A stretch of DNA of 56,801 bases. Source: an uncultured Fimbriimonadaceae bacterium (GTDB taxonomy: Bacteria; Armatimonadota; UBA10988). The notes under the pieces were generated by a model. It saw only the letters and a program-made list of their open reading frames with translations, was not told the DNA's origin and did not search any database. The position numbers and the translations under genes are program-made. The stretch spans positions 1 to 56,801 of the forward strand of contig CAYONP010000031.1 in NCBI GenBank assembly GCA_964405335.1. The letters run 5' to 3'. Of the stretch, positions 26,395-35,608 are shown one piece after another (the first letter of the stretch is position 1; every line of letters starts with the position of its first letter).

Positions 26395-27729
26395 TCAGCC
26401 CCGCGGGACCACCGTGGTCACGGCGTCGTCGACGATCTTCATCGTCTCGGGGTCGAAGATCACCGCCCGGTTCTCGCGATAGCTGATCTCGCCCAGCGCG
26501 CAGACGACCATGCCGCAGTAGGCCAGCCAAGGGTCGCAGTTCGGCTGCTCGCCGCTGCGCATGCAGTCGACCCAGTTGCGCCGGTGCCCGTCCTGGTCGT
26601 CAGGCATCTTCTCGACCTCGATGGTCTCCATCTCGATCTCTTCGGCGAACGGCCGCTGCGGCCGGACTTCGATGTTGCCACCCTCGAGCAGCAGGTCGCC
26701 CATGTGGCAGCGGACCACCGTGTCGACGCCGCGATCGTTGATGGTCGAGCCGGCGACGAACAGGTTGTGCCCGCTGGCGAAATCGGCCAGCAGATTGAAC
26801 GTGTCCGGCACCTCGCGCATCTCGGCGTTGTTCTCCGCATCGATTTCCGGCATGATGTTGCCGCCGGTGGCCACCACGCGGGTCGGCAGCTCGGGCCCGA
26901 CGGTGATCAGCACCGGATAGATGCGGTGCGGGAGGAGGTCGCCGCAGATGCCCGACGAGTAGTCCCAGAACTTGCGCCAGCGGAAGTAGCGCTCATGGCT
27001 GAACGGCCGGTCGGGCGCGGAGCCGAGCCAGGCTGTCCAGTCCAGGTTATCCGGCCCGGCCGACTCGTCGATGCCGTAGTTCCACTCGCCGGCGGGGTTG
27101 TTCCGGGTGTACGAGGTCTGGCTCCAGACCGGCTTGCCCAGGCCGTCGATGGCCTGGTGCGCGACCCGCCACTTCGGGTGCGACGAGGCCTGGTTGCCGG
27201 TCTGCAGAATGATCCCGCTGTCCTTGACCGTGTTGTACAGCTCGGTCGCCTCGTGCAGCCAGCGGCTGAACGGCTTCTCCATGTAGATGTGCTTGCCGGC
27301 GGCAATCGCATCCATCGCCTGGCGGAAGTGCCAGTGCTCGGGCGTGGCGATCAGCACCGCGTCGACGTCGGGCGCGGCGAGCAGCTCGCGATAGTCGGCA
27401 TAGGCCCGGACCTCGGGGTTGCAGCCGTCGGCCACTTTATCACGCGCGTCGTTTCGCCGCTTCTCCCAGACGTCGCAGACGGCGGTCACCTGCAGGTTCA
27501 TCTCGCCGTTCTTGACGTAGTTGATGGTCTTGTTGAGGTGGTCGCCGCCCATGCCGCCGACGCCGATGAAGCCGATGTTGATCCGGTCGTTGGCGCCGAT
27601 CACCCGCCGATTGGCGGCGGCGAAGGCGCGATTGGCCCGCCAGTCACCGGCCAATGCGCCGGCGACGGCCGCCGCGCCGGCGACGAAGGTGCGGCGGCTG
27701 GTCCCCGCCGGCTGCTGCTTATCGCTCAT
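26395..27729 (-). CDS. Gfo/Idh/MocA-family oxidoreductase with a twin-arginine signal peptide.
   Basis: The N-terminus has the twin-arginine motif SRRTFVAGAAAVAGALA. A Rossmann-type GFIGVGGMG motif is followed by EKP and the typical C-terminal alpha/beta domain. Confidence 0.85.
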   Translation of the reverse strand: MSDKQQPAGTSRRTFVAGAAAVAGALAGDWRANRAFAAANRRVIGANDRINIGFIGVGGMGGDHLNKTINYVKNGEMNLQVTAVCDVWEKRRNDARDKVADGCNPEVRAYADYRELLAAPDVDAVLIATPEHWHFRQAMDAIAAGKHIYMEKPFSRWLHEATELYNTVKDSGIILQTGNQASSHPKWRVAHQAIDGLGKPVWSQTSYTRNNPAGEWNYGIDESAGPDNLDWTAWLGSAPDRPFSHERYFRWRKFWDYSSGICGDLLPHRIYPVLITVGPELPTRVVATGGNIMPEIDAENNAEMREVPDTFNLLADFASGHNLFVAGSTINDRGVDTVVRCHMGDLLLEGGNIEVRPQRPFAEEIEMETIEVEKMPDDQDGHRRNWVDCMRSGEQPNCDPWLAYCGMVVCALGEISYRENRAVIFDPETMKIVDDAVTTVVPRG

Positions 27730-27761
27730 CTGCTCGCTCCTTGTGTCCGACCCGGTGCGCC

Positions 27762-29033
27762 TCAGGCCAGGCTGAACATCTGGTCAGTGAACTCGAACGG
27801 GGTGCCGCTCGAGACCGCCTGGTTGCCGCCGTGCGCCAGCACGCAGGCGGCGTAGCCGTCCTCGGCGCCGCAGGCGACCGGTTCGCCGTCGTGGCAGCGC
27901 TGGAGGAAATGCTCGCAGGCATAGTACCACTCGTCGCGGCCGGCCTTAATGTCCTCTTCCGCCATCTCGCCGGGCGTCTTGCCCTCTTCCAGGAACTTGG
28001 TCGAGTTGGCCACCATGATGATGCCCAGCTCGCCGATCAGGTCGTACTTGTGGGCGTATATTTCCCAGCCCATCTGCGGCGAGTCGGCCTCCTTAATCAG
28101 CCAGGCGCGCGGGCCGTGCATGAAGATCGTCCCGTCGGTGCCGACCATCGTCACCGCGTCGCCGCCGTACGAGCCGCCCAGCGTGCCGTCGAAGGTCAGC
28201 GGCACGCCGTTGTCCAGCTCATAGGTGCACAGCACCGTGTCGGCCACCGTCCGGTCGTCCTCTTTCCAGGCCACCGTGCTGCCTAGCCCGCTGACCCGCT
28301 TCGGCCGCCGGCCGAGCGACCAGCAGAGGTAGTCGATCGGGTGTATGCCGATCTCGCCGACCAGGCCGAGGCTGGTCTCCTGGTAGAGCCGCCAGTTGAG
28401 CTCGCGCTCGCGCTCGGGCGTGGCCGCCGGCCGGCGCCACGAGAGCTTCTTGCGGAACTGCGCCCGGGCCGAGACCGGATTGGCCAGCACGCCGGTGGTC
28501 ACGAACTTGCGGCAGTGCACCGCCAGTGGATAGGCCCGCTGCTGCTGCCCGACGCAGAACTTGGTCGTCGCCGCGGCGCCGGCGCGAGCTATCTCCTTCG
28601 CCTCGGCCGGGTCGTAGGCGAGTGGCGACTCGCAGTAGACATGCTTGCCCGCCGCCAGCGCGTCGAGCACCACCTGCTTGTGCTGGTGCGTCGGCGTGGC
28701 GACGAAGACCGCGGCGATCTCCGGGTCGTCGAGCAGCGCGCGATAGTCCTCGTGCTGCTTCGCCTCGGGCGCCACCCGCGCGGTGGCGCGGAAGACGGTC
28801 GGCGAGATGTCGGCCACGCCCTTGACCTTGGCATAGGGCAAGAGCGCCATGGCGCCGAGCAGCGCGCGCCCATGCTGCCCGCAGCCGATCATCCCGACGC
28901 CGGTGTCCGGGTATTCGATCTCGTCGTCGGCCTCGAGTTGCGCGCGGGCCAGTGTGGCACCGATGGAGAGCACCAGTCCGGCGGCCGCCGCGTCGTGCAA
29001 AAAGTCGCGCCGGGTCAGCTCCGAATCGCCCAT
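27762..29033 (-). CDS. Gfo/Idh/MocA-family oxidoreductase with a twin-arginine signal peptide.
   Basis: The N-terminus has the twin-arginine motif TRRDFLHDAAAAGLVLSIGATLARA. GMIGCGQHG is followed by an ESP-type EKP-like motif and the family fold. Confidence 0.85.
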   Translation of the reverse strand: MGDSELTRRDFLHDAAAAGLVLSIGATLARAQLEADDEIEYPDTGVGMIGCGQHGRALLGAMALLPYAKVKGVADISPTVFRATARVAPEAKQHEDYRALLDDPEIAAVFVATPTHQHKQVVLDALAAGKHVYCESPLAYDPAEAKEIARAGAAATTKFCVGQQQRAYPLAVHCRKFVTTGVLANPVSARAQFRKKLSWRRPAATPERERELNWRLYQETSLGLVGEIGIHPIDYLCWSLGRRPKRVSGLGSTVAWKEDDRTVADTVLCTYELDNGVPLTFDGTLGGSYGGDAVTMVGTDGTIFMHGPRAWLIKEADSPQMGWEIYAHKYDLIGELGIIMVANSTKFLEEGKTPGEMAEEDIKAGRDEWYYACEHFLQRCHDGEPVACGAEDGYAACVLAHGGNQAVSSGTPFEFTDQMFSLA

Positions 29034-29094
29034 CTCGCTCTACTCCAAAACCAGGCCCTAGGCTACTCGACGCAGGATCGTCCGGCAGGTTCCG

Positions 29095-30573
29095 TCATCC
29101 GCGCCGTGTGGCGTGGCCCGTATCGGCCGGCCGCGCCGCCGAGCGCTCGGCCCACTCGCGGTCGATCTGCTCTCGCCAGGCGGTCGCCGCGGCGACCAGC
29201 CGCTCGCAGACGGCCGGTTGGTCGTCCTTCAGGTTCGCCCGCTCACCCGGATCGTCGGCCAGGTTGGCCAGGTGCACCGCGTCCTGGGGCGGCGCGCCCT
29301 CGACCAGTTGGCCGTTCAGCACCAGTTTCCAGTCGCCCTGCCGCACGGCGGTCTGGTCGCCCTGCTCCCAGAATAGCATGTCGTGCGGCGAGGGCGCGCC
29401 GTCGCGCACGGTCGGCAGCAGGTCGAGCCCGTCCAGGTCGTAGCCCGAGGCGTCGGCACCCGCGGCGGCGAGGAAGGTCGGGAAGATGTCCATCGCGGCG
29501 CCCGGCTGACCGATCACCTGCCCCGCGGGGATGCGCCGCGGCCAGCTCATGATCGCCGGCATCCGGATGCCACCCTCGTACAGGCTGAACTTGTGCCCCT
29601 TCAACGATCCTGCCGTGCCGCCGTAGTACGGGTCGCGCGTGCCGTCGAGCCAGTTCCGCGTCTCGCGCGACGGGCCGTTGTCGCTCTGGAAGAAGACGAA
29701 CGTGTTGTCGCGCAGCCCGCGCCGCTCGAGCGCCGCCACAATCTCGCCCACGCCGTCATCCACCGCGGCCAGCATGGCGGCCATGATCCGCCGGTCCCAG
29801 GCCAGGCCGGGGAAGCGGTCGAGGTACTCCTGCGGCGCGTGCAGCGGATAGTGCGGCGCGTTGTAGGGCACGTAAAGGAAGAACGGATCACCGCGCCGCG
29901 CGGCGTCAGCGATGAAGTCGACCGCGCGGCTGGTGATCAGCCGGGTCAGGTACTCCCCGTCGCGCCAGACCTCCGCGTCGTTGTCCCACAGGTCGTGGAC
30001 CGGGTCCTGACCGCCCCAGTAGAAGATGTGCGAGTAGTAGTCGACGCAGCCGGCGAGGAAGCCGAACCAGTCGTTGAACCCATGGTGATGCGGCCGCGAC
30101 TCCTCGCTGACGCCGAGGTGCCACTTGCCCGACATGCCGGTGTGATAGCCGACGTCGCGCAGCGCCTCGGCAATCGTCGGCGTCGTGCGGGGCAGGCCGG
30201 TCGCCTGGCGGTGGCCGGCGAGGATCGAGCGCACGCCGGCCCGCACCGGGTAGCGGCCGGACAGCACCGCGGCGCGCGAGGGCGAACAGACCGGGCTGTT
30301 GGAGTACCAGTCGGTGAACCGCGCCCCGCTGGCGGCCAGCGAGTCGAGGTTCGGTGTGGCGAGGTCACGCCCGCCCATGCAGCCGAGGTCGCCGTAGCCC
30401 TGGTCGTCGGTGTAGAGGATGACGAAGTTCGGGCGCGGTCCATCGCTCATCTCAACCAGCTCCCGAGCGTTGCGCAGGCGGGCGCGGCGGGTTGGGTGCA
30501 TCGCCCCGGCGGCGCCGGCGGCGGCCGCCCCGGCGATGAACCCGCGGCGAGGCAGATCTGGCCCGGTCGGCAT
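29095..30573 (-). CDS. Formylglycine-type sulfatase (arylsulfatase family) with a TAT signal.
   Basis: The TAT signal is PRRGFIAGAAAAGAAGA. The N-terminal DDQGYGDLGCMG motif and the FGly signature CSPSRAAVLSGRYP are present. The internal ATG at 30573 is preceded by GAGGG. Confidence 0.85.
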   Translation of the reverse strand: MPTGPDLPRRGFIAGAAAAGAAGAMHPTRRARLRNARELVEMSDGPRPNFVILYTDDQGYGDLGCMGGRDLATPNLDSLAASGARFTDWYSNSPVCSPSRAAVLSGRYPVRAGVRSILAGHRQATGLPRTTPTIAEALRDVGYHTGMSGKWHLGVSEESRPHHHGFNDWFGFLAGCVDYYSHIFYWGGQDPVHDLWDNDAEVWRDGEYLTRLITSRAVDFIADAARRGDPFFLYVPYNAPHYPLHAPQEYLDRFPGLAWDRRIMAAMLAAVDDGVGEIVAALERRGLRDNTFVFFQSDNGPSRETRNWLDGTRDPYYGGTAGSLKGHKFSLYEGGIRMPAIMSWPRRIPAGQVIGQPGAAMDIFPTFLAAAGADASGYDLDGLDLLPTVRDGAPSPHDMLFWEQGDQTAVRQGDWKLVLNGQLVEGAPPQDAVHLANLADDPGERANLKDDQPAVCERLVAAATAWREQIDREWAERSAARPADTGHATRRG

Positions 30574-30580
30574 GATGCCC

Positions 30581-31951
30581 TCAGATTCCGCCCAGCACCG
30601 CGTGGTTCTGGCCAGTGCAGCCAAGCCGGCGGTTGTTCGCATAGGCCGGGTGCGTGTAGCGGGCAATCGCTTCCACGCCGTCGTGCGCCTGCTCATCGTG
30701 CCACAGCCGCAGCCGGCCGTCGGCATGGTAGCTGAGCAGTTGTTCGCCGGCAATCGCATTGACCTTGCAGGCCAGGGCGACCGGCCCGCCGACGCTGCCG
30801 ACCGGCCGGCCCGCCGAATCGAGCACCTCGCCGTCGCCGCCGGGCAGGCCGCGCACCAGCTCGTGCCGGCCGTCGCCGTTGAGGTCGACCGGAATGGTCC
30901 GGTAATGACTGAACCCCAGCTCGAGCGGCTCGCCGCCGGCGGCGTCGAAGGCGAACTCCTCGACCGACTGGTGTGACCGCCCATTCGGCCCGCAGCGCTT
31001 GGCGCCGATGCGCACCGCCGTGGCCACCTGCCGGTCGCCGTCGAGCCGGGCGACCCAGCCCATGTCGATGTGACCGCGCTCGAGCGCGCCCCAGCGCCGG
31101 ACGCCGCTGCCGTCGTAGCAGGCGACCCGCGGCGCCGCGGCCGGATCGCCCTCGCGGCAGCAGTAGAGGCTCCAGCCGCGCGACTCCCGGTCCCACACCG
31201 GCTGGACGATGTCCGAGTGGCCGCGGTAGCTGTCGCCGTCGGCGCAGAACAGCTCGCTGCCGTCGCTCAGGCGCAGGCATCGTTCGCCCCACAGCAGCTC
31301 GGTCACCCCGTCACGGTCGAGATCGACCAGCGGGCACATGTGGCTGCCCCGCGCGCCTGGAGCGCCGGCGGCGATGACCGTCTCCCACCGCGGGGTCAGG
31401 TCGGCGCTCCAGCCTTGCAGGCGCATCTCGCCATAGGTCCCCTGGGCGGTGACCAGCACCGGCCGGCGCTCACTCGGCCCGCCGAGGATGAAGTTGCGGA
31501 AGAGGTGGCTGAGCGACTGCTCGCCCGCCGGGCGCGGCCAGGGCCACTGGCCGGTGACCTCGCCAGTGTTCGCCTCGAGCCGGGCCAGCACGTACGACGA
31601 GAGGCCGAGCGGATGGTCGGCATCGAGGTTGTCGACGTAGTAAATCTCGTCCACGCCGTCGCCGTCGAGGTCGAACGGAAAGAGCGGGCAGAACCACATG
31701 CCGGGCACCACGCCGCGGCCCAATTCGCGCCGCCAGAGCACCTCGCCCTCGACGGTGAAGACGACCAGCTTCAGCGTGTCGCGGGGAAAGAAGAACATCT
31801 CGACATACGGGTCGACATCGAAATCGGCGCCGTAGGCGGCCAGGATCGCCGGCGGTCGGTCGGCGCCCAGATTGACCGGCACCGCCCGGCACTGACCGAT
31901 CGGCTGACCCAGCTCGACCTCGGCGGCGACGCGCAGCGCGATGGCCTTCAT
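30581..31951 (-). CDS. Hypothetical beta-propeller protein with FG-GAP-like repeats, possibly a carbohydrate-active enzyme.
   Basis: Repeated DxDGDGxxE motifs are present (DLDGDGVDEI, DLDRDGVTEL, DLNGDGRHEL). The stop lies 8 nt from the sulfatase start. Confidence 0.5.
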   Translation of the reverse strand: MKAIALRVAAEVELGQPIGQCRAVPVNLGADRPPAILAAYGADFDVDPYVEMFFFPRDTLKLVVFTVEGEVLWRRELGRGVVPGMWFCPLFPFDLDGDGVDEIYYVDNLDADHPLGLSSYVLARLEANTGEVTGQWPWPRPAGEQSLSHLFRNFILGGPSERRPVLVTAQGTYGEMRLQGWSADLTPRWETVIAAGAPGARGSHMCPLVDLDRDGVTELLWGERCLRLSDGSELFCADGDSYRGHSDIVQPVWDRESRGWSLYCCREGDPAAAPRVACYDGSGVRRWGALERGHIDMGWVARLDGDRQVATAVRIGAKRCGPNGRSHQSVEEFAFDAAGGEPLELGFSHYRTIPVDLNGDGRHELVRGLPGGDGEVLDSAGRPVGSVGGPVALACKVNAIAGEQLLSYHADGRLRLWHDEQAHDGVEAIARYTHPAYANNRRLGCTGQNHAVLGGI

Positions 31952-33135
31952 GCCGCGGCGACTCCCACCACCTGGGACAACCGCCTGCCGGCCCAGTCGC
32001 GCGGCGGTTCGAGGCCGAGCAGCGCGGCAACGGTCGGGGCGATGTCGAGGATGGACCCCTGCTCGAGCCGGCCGCCGGCGGCGATGCCCGGCCCCGCGGC
32101 GAGCAGCGGCACGGTCATGTCCTCATCGCAGTCGGTGCCGTGGGTGCGGTCGTGGCCGCCGTGGTCGCTGGTCACGATGAGCGTCGCCGACGCGCCGTCG
32201 AGCGCGGCGACGAGGCGCCCGACGCAGGCGTCGGCGTTGGCCACCGCGGCCAGGTAGGGCGGCGACATCCAGCCGGCGTCGTGCCCGGCCACGTCGACGT
32301 AGCCGAGATAGACGAAGGTCAGGTCGCACGGGTCGTCGCGCAATGCGGCCGCGGCTCGCTCGGCGACGCTGACATCGCCGTCGGGTGCGTAGCAGTGGCG
32401 GTGGAAGAAGGCCTGTTCGAGCGCGCCCGGCCGGCCGAGGTCGCGCAACTGCTCCCAGTTGTAGAACATGGCGCAGCGCCGGCCGGCCGCCGCCGCGAGG
32501 TCGAACAGGCCGGGCACCGGCCGGACCTGTGGGGTCCAGGTGTTGGTGGTCACGCCGTGCCGGCCCGGCTCGACGCTGTGGAACATCGACATGTGGCAGG
32601 GCAGGGTGACCGACGGCATGACCGAGCGGACCGAGTGACAGGCGACCCCCCGCGCGGCCAGGGCGTCGAGGTGCGGGGTGTCGGCGGCGGCCAGGCCGTC
32701 GGGCCGCAGGCCGTCGATGGAGATGAGGACCACTCGAGCATGGGTGGACATGCTTGGAACTCCCGGTGTGGCGCCGTCGAGACTCAGTTGCATGCGCCAG
32801 TACTCGTCGGCCTCCTCCGTTGGAGCCGGGCCTCGACGTTCTGGTGGCAAGGGCACCCAGCTCGGAGAGCGCGGGACGGTACCGCGCGCCTTCTGTGTGA
32901 GGCACACGAACTCGGGTCGGACAGCGCCGAGCTGAGCGTGATTCGCTTGGGCATCACGCAGTGAGATGTGATTGGCGCCGGTGGCAAGGTCGGGGTTGCG
33001 TTCCTGGATCGGGTCAGCTTCCCAGAAGCAGACCGGGCATATGTGATAGTCGCCGTCGTCACCGACTGGGCGGGTCAGGCATCCGCAGCAGGCGCAAGCG
33101 GCTGCGCGATCTGGGTCATTCACCACGTCGGGCAT
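31948..33135 (-). CDS. CPCC-family cysteine-rich domain fused to a type I phosphodiesterase / nucleotide pyrophosphatase of the alkaline-phosphatase superfamily.
   Basis: The N-terminal 80 aa (CACCGCLT...YHICPVCFWEADPIQERNPDLATGANHISLRDAQANH) match the Cys_rich_CPCC pattern. The C-terminal 270 aa (VVLISIDGLRPD...TSDHGGHD) match the NPP/AP fold. No in-frame stop separates the two parts. Confidence 0.7.
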   Translation of the reverse strand: MPDVVNDPDRAAACACCGCLTRPVGDDGDYHICPVCFWEADPIQERNPDLATGANHISLRDAQANHAQLGAVRPEFVCLTQKARGTVPRSPSWVPLPPERRGPAPTEEADEYWRMQLSLDGATPGVPSMSTHARVVLISIDGLRPDGLAAADTPHLDALAARGVACHSVRSVMPSVTLPCHMSMFHSVEPGRHGVTTNTWTPQVRPVPGLFDLAAAAGRRCAMFYNWEQLRDLGRPGALEQAFFHRHCYAPDGDVSVAERAAAALRDDPCDLTFVYLGYVDVAGHDAGWMSPPYLAAVANADACVGRLVAALDGASATLIVTSDHGGHDRTHGTDCDEDMTVPLLAAGPGIAAGGRLEQGSILDIAPTVAALLGLEPPRDWAGRRLSQVVGVAAA

Positions 33136-33238
33136 GCCGGTCTGCTTGACCGGTCAGCACCTGACCCCTCCCACGGATGATGAGGCCGAAGGCGCGCGGT
33201 GCAGCAGCGCCTCCGGCCTCGGCTCGGGGGTCAGGCGG

Positions 33239-34018
33239 TTACTGCCGCCGGCCGTCCCACTGGTTGTCGAGCGGGCGCCCGATCGGGTCGGGATTCGTCG
33301 CCGCCGGTTTGAGCGTCTTCACATGCCCGTCGGCGAAGGCGAAGTTCGCCATCTGGTTGTGCTCGGGGCTGACCGCGCCGTCGGGCCCGTTCGGCCAGGC
33401 GTTGTTCGGGTTGAGCGTGCCGTCGGGGATCTCGCCGGGGCTGTCCCAGTCCCACCAGTTGACGCCGGTGAAGATGGCCCCGGTGCCCCAGAAGGCCTGA
33501 TTGCCCGAGTGGTGCTTCTCGCTCATCATGACCGTCTCGGCCGGCCGCTCGATGTCGGCGTCACCGCGCACCACGGGGTTCATCCACGATGGCTGCGCCA
33601 AGCCCGACACGCCGACCACGCCCCAGGCGTTGTAGCTCGACTGCCACTGCATGTAGCCGTTGGTCGCGTAGCTGATCCGCGGTCCCGCCCACGGCCGGGT
33701 CGGATCCTCGCCGACCGTGTCGCTGGGACAGCGCACCACCTGGATGTTCTTGACGTACGGCTGCAGGTTCATGGCGAAGGTGTTCATCCACCAGTTGTCG
33801 CCCAGGCCGAAGCAGAACACGCCGTCGTAGTCGGTGCCGTACATCACCATGCCGGTGGCCAACTGCTTCTCGTTCGACTGGCACGACGACGCGCGGGCCT
33901 TCTCACGCGCCTTGGCGAAGACCGGGAACAGAATGGCCGCCAGAATGGCGATGATCGCGATCACGACCAGCAACTCGATGAGGGTGAACCCTCCGCGCTG
34001 GCTCCTCGTTCGGTGCAT
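33239..34018 (-). CDS. DUF1559-domain protein with a prepilin-type N-terminal cleavage/methylation motif.
   Basis: The N-terminus [41 protein letters not shown] is a hallmark of the planctomycete DUF1559 family. Confidence 0.85.
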   Translation of the reverse strand: MHRTRSQRGGFTLIELLVVIAIIAILAAILFPVFAKAREKARASSCQSNEKQLATGMVMYGTDYDGVFCFGLGDNWWMNTFAMNLQPYVKNIQVVRCPSDTVGEDPTRPWAGPRISYATNGYMQWQSSYNAWGVVGVSGLAQPSWMNPVVRGDADIERPAETVMMSEKHHSGNQAFWGTGAIFTGVNWWDWDSPGEIPDGTLNPNNAWPNGPDGAVSPEHNQMANFAFADGHVKTLKPAATNPDPIGRPLDNQWDGRRQ

Positions 34019-34102
34019 AGCTATCTCCAGGAGGCCGGGCCTCCTCGATCGACACTCCGGACGCCGGGCGTCCGGTCAGCACCCACCTGCGCGGATGGCC
34101 GG

Positions 34103-34339
34103 TCAGTTCGTCTCACTCCGCTCGGCCGCGCCGTCGGCCTGCTGCGGCTTGCCGCCGGCACCCTGCTGCTGCATCAGTTGCGCGGCCTCGGGCGGCATCT
34201 CCTTGGGCGGGTTCTGGAACCGCGACACGTCCTCGGCGCTCATCGCGCCCGTCTCTTTCTTGCAGCCGCCCAGCGAGACCAGCGCGGCCAGCCCGAGGAG
34301 GACCGACATGGCGAACCATGACCAGCAACGTTTGCGCAT
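34103..34339 (-). CDS. Small lipoprotein.
   Basis: A signal peptide with an LGGC lipobox (MSVLLGLAALVSLGGCKK) is followed by a low-complexity tail. The alternative start is at 34309. Confidence 0.5.
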   Translation of the reverse strand: MRKRCWSWFAMSVLLGLAALVSLGGCKKETGAMSAEDVSRFQNPPKEMPPEAAQLMQQQGAGGKPQQADGAAERSETN

Positions 34340-34394
34340 CCAAGTTCTCCTTCTTGCCGCGCCCAGTCAACGGGTCGCGGCGACGCAACCTCAC

Positions 34395-35390
34395 TCAGGC
34401 CGGCGGCGCCACGCTGCGCCGCTCGACCAACCGTTCTGGCACCAGGGTGCGCAACGGCCCCAGCTCCTCGCCGTGGATCAGCCGCATCAACTGCCGTGCC
34501 GCCTCCTCGCCCATCGGCTCGCCCTGCGCGGCGACCACGGTCAGCGGCGGCTCGCTGCGATCGACCGGGAACTGGTCGCCAAACGAGATCAGGCTGACCT
34601 CGCCGGGCACGCGGCGGCCCATCCGCTGCAGCGCCGCCAGGGCATCGATCGCCGCGACATGGTCATAGGCGACCACCGCCGTGGCACCATCGGCCACCGC
34701 CGCGCTGAGCGCCCCGTCGGCGTCGGCCTCGTGCGGCCGCACCCCGTGACCGGCCGGCGCCTCGGCGCCGTGGTCGGAGAGAAACTGCTGGTACGCCCCA
34801 TAGCGCAGACCGAGGCTGACGTGCCGTGCATCCATTTCATCGCCGTTGAGGAAGGCGATCCGCCGGTGGCCGACCGACCAGAGATGCTCGAGCGCCAGCC
34901 ACATTCCGTCGGCCCAGTCGCAGACCACACTGGGCAGGCCGTCGATCACCTCATTGACCGAGACGAGCGGGGTCCGGCTCCCGATCAACTGCGCCAGCAC
35001 CTCGGGGCGGGGCATCTGCAGCACCAGCGCGCCGTCCCAGTTGCCGACCGACGGGTTGGTGCCGCACGCGCCGTTGTAGTCGCTGACGGCGAACATCAGC
35101 TCGTAGCCGTCGAGCCCAAGCGTGCGGTGGGCGCCCTGAATGATGGGCAGGTTGACCGCGCTCCACTCGGCCAGATTGGGCCAGGCGAGCACGCCGATGG
35201 TGTTGGTCCGCGAGTCGCGCAACCGGCGCGCGGCGAGGTTCGGCCGGTAGCCCATTTCCACGGCCGCGGTGAGCACCCGCTGGCGGGTCGACTCGGACAC
35301 CATCGCCGCCGAGCGCCCGTTGAGCACGCGCGAGACCGTCGAGTGCGACAGCCCCAGTCGCTTGGCGATTTCGACGATGGTTACCGCCAC
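34395..35390 (-). CDS. LacI-family transcriptional regulator.
   Basis: The helix-turn-helix is VTIVEIAKRLGLSHSTVSRVLNG. A periplasmic-binding-protein-like sugar-binding domain follows. The likely GTG start at 35390 is preceded by GGGAG; the ORF tool extends the gene to 35423. Confidence 0.8.
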   Translation of the reverse strand: MAVTIVEIAKRLGLSHSTVSRVLNGRSAAMVSESTRQRVLTAAVEMGYRPNLAARRLRDSRTNTIGVLAWPNLAEWSAVNLPIIQGAHRTLGLDGYELMFAVSDYNGACGTNPSVGNWDGALVLQMPRPEVLAQLIGSRTPLVSVNEVIDGLPSVVCDWADGMWLALEHLWSVGHRRIAFLNGDEMDARHVSLGLRYGAYQQFLSDHGAEAPAGHGVRPHEADADGALSAAVADGATAVVAYDHVAAIDALAALQRMGRRVPGEVSLISFGDQFPVDRSEPPLTVVAAQGEPMGEEAARQLMRLIHGEELGPLRTLVPERLVERRSVAPPA

Positions 35391-35417
35391 GCAACAACTC
35401 CCGCCTTGGTTTCTCCC

Positions 35418-35443
35418 GCACACGTGTCACGGCACACGTGTGC
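35418..35443. promoter_or_regulatory. Candidate operator: two ACACGTGT palindromes arranged as an inverted repeat of the form GCACACGTGT-N6-ACACGTGTGC.
   Basis: The sequence was read directly. It lies 28-53 nt upstream of the LacI-family gene start. Confidence 0.4.
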
Positions 35444-35608
35444 GAGAGAGTAGACAGCTAGGCGTAAGCCTACGTGCATCGAGGCGTCGCTGTCAACCGC
35501 GGCTTGCGATGAGTCGATGTCAAATGGCAACATCGGCGCAACATCGGCGACGGCGGGCTGCACCGCGGCGGGTGGCGGGCACCCGCCGCGGCGCGGTGGT
35601 GGGACAGC

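Noticed and set aside
31948-33135. Possibility that the CPCC domain and the phosphodiesterase are two separate genes.
   Set aside because: There is no in-frame stop between them, and a continuous 395-aa ORF results. I kept it as one fused CDS but flagged that an undetected frameshift should be checked.
35444-35530. A sigma70-type promoter for the LacI-family gene (reverse-complement TTGACA at 35491-35496 and 35518-35523).
   Set aside because: The matching -10 positions are poor (TAGGCT/GCGGTT), and I could not support a confident call. Only the operator-like palindrome is reported.
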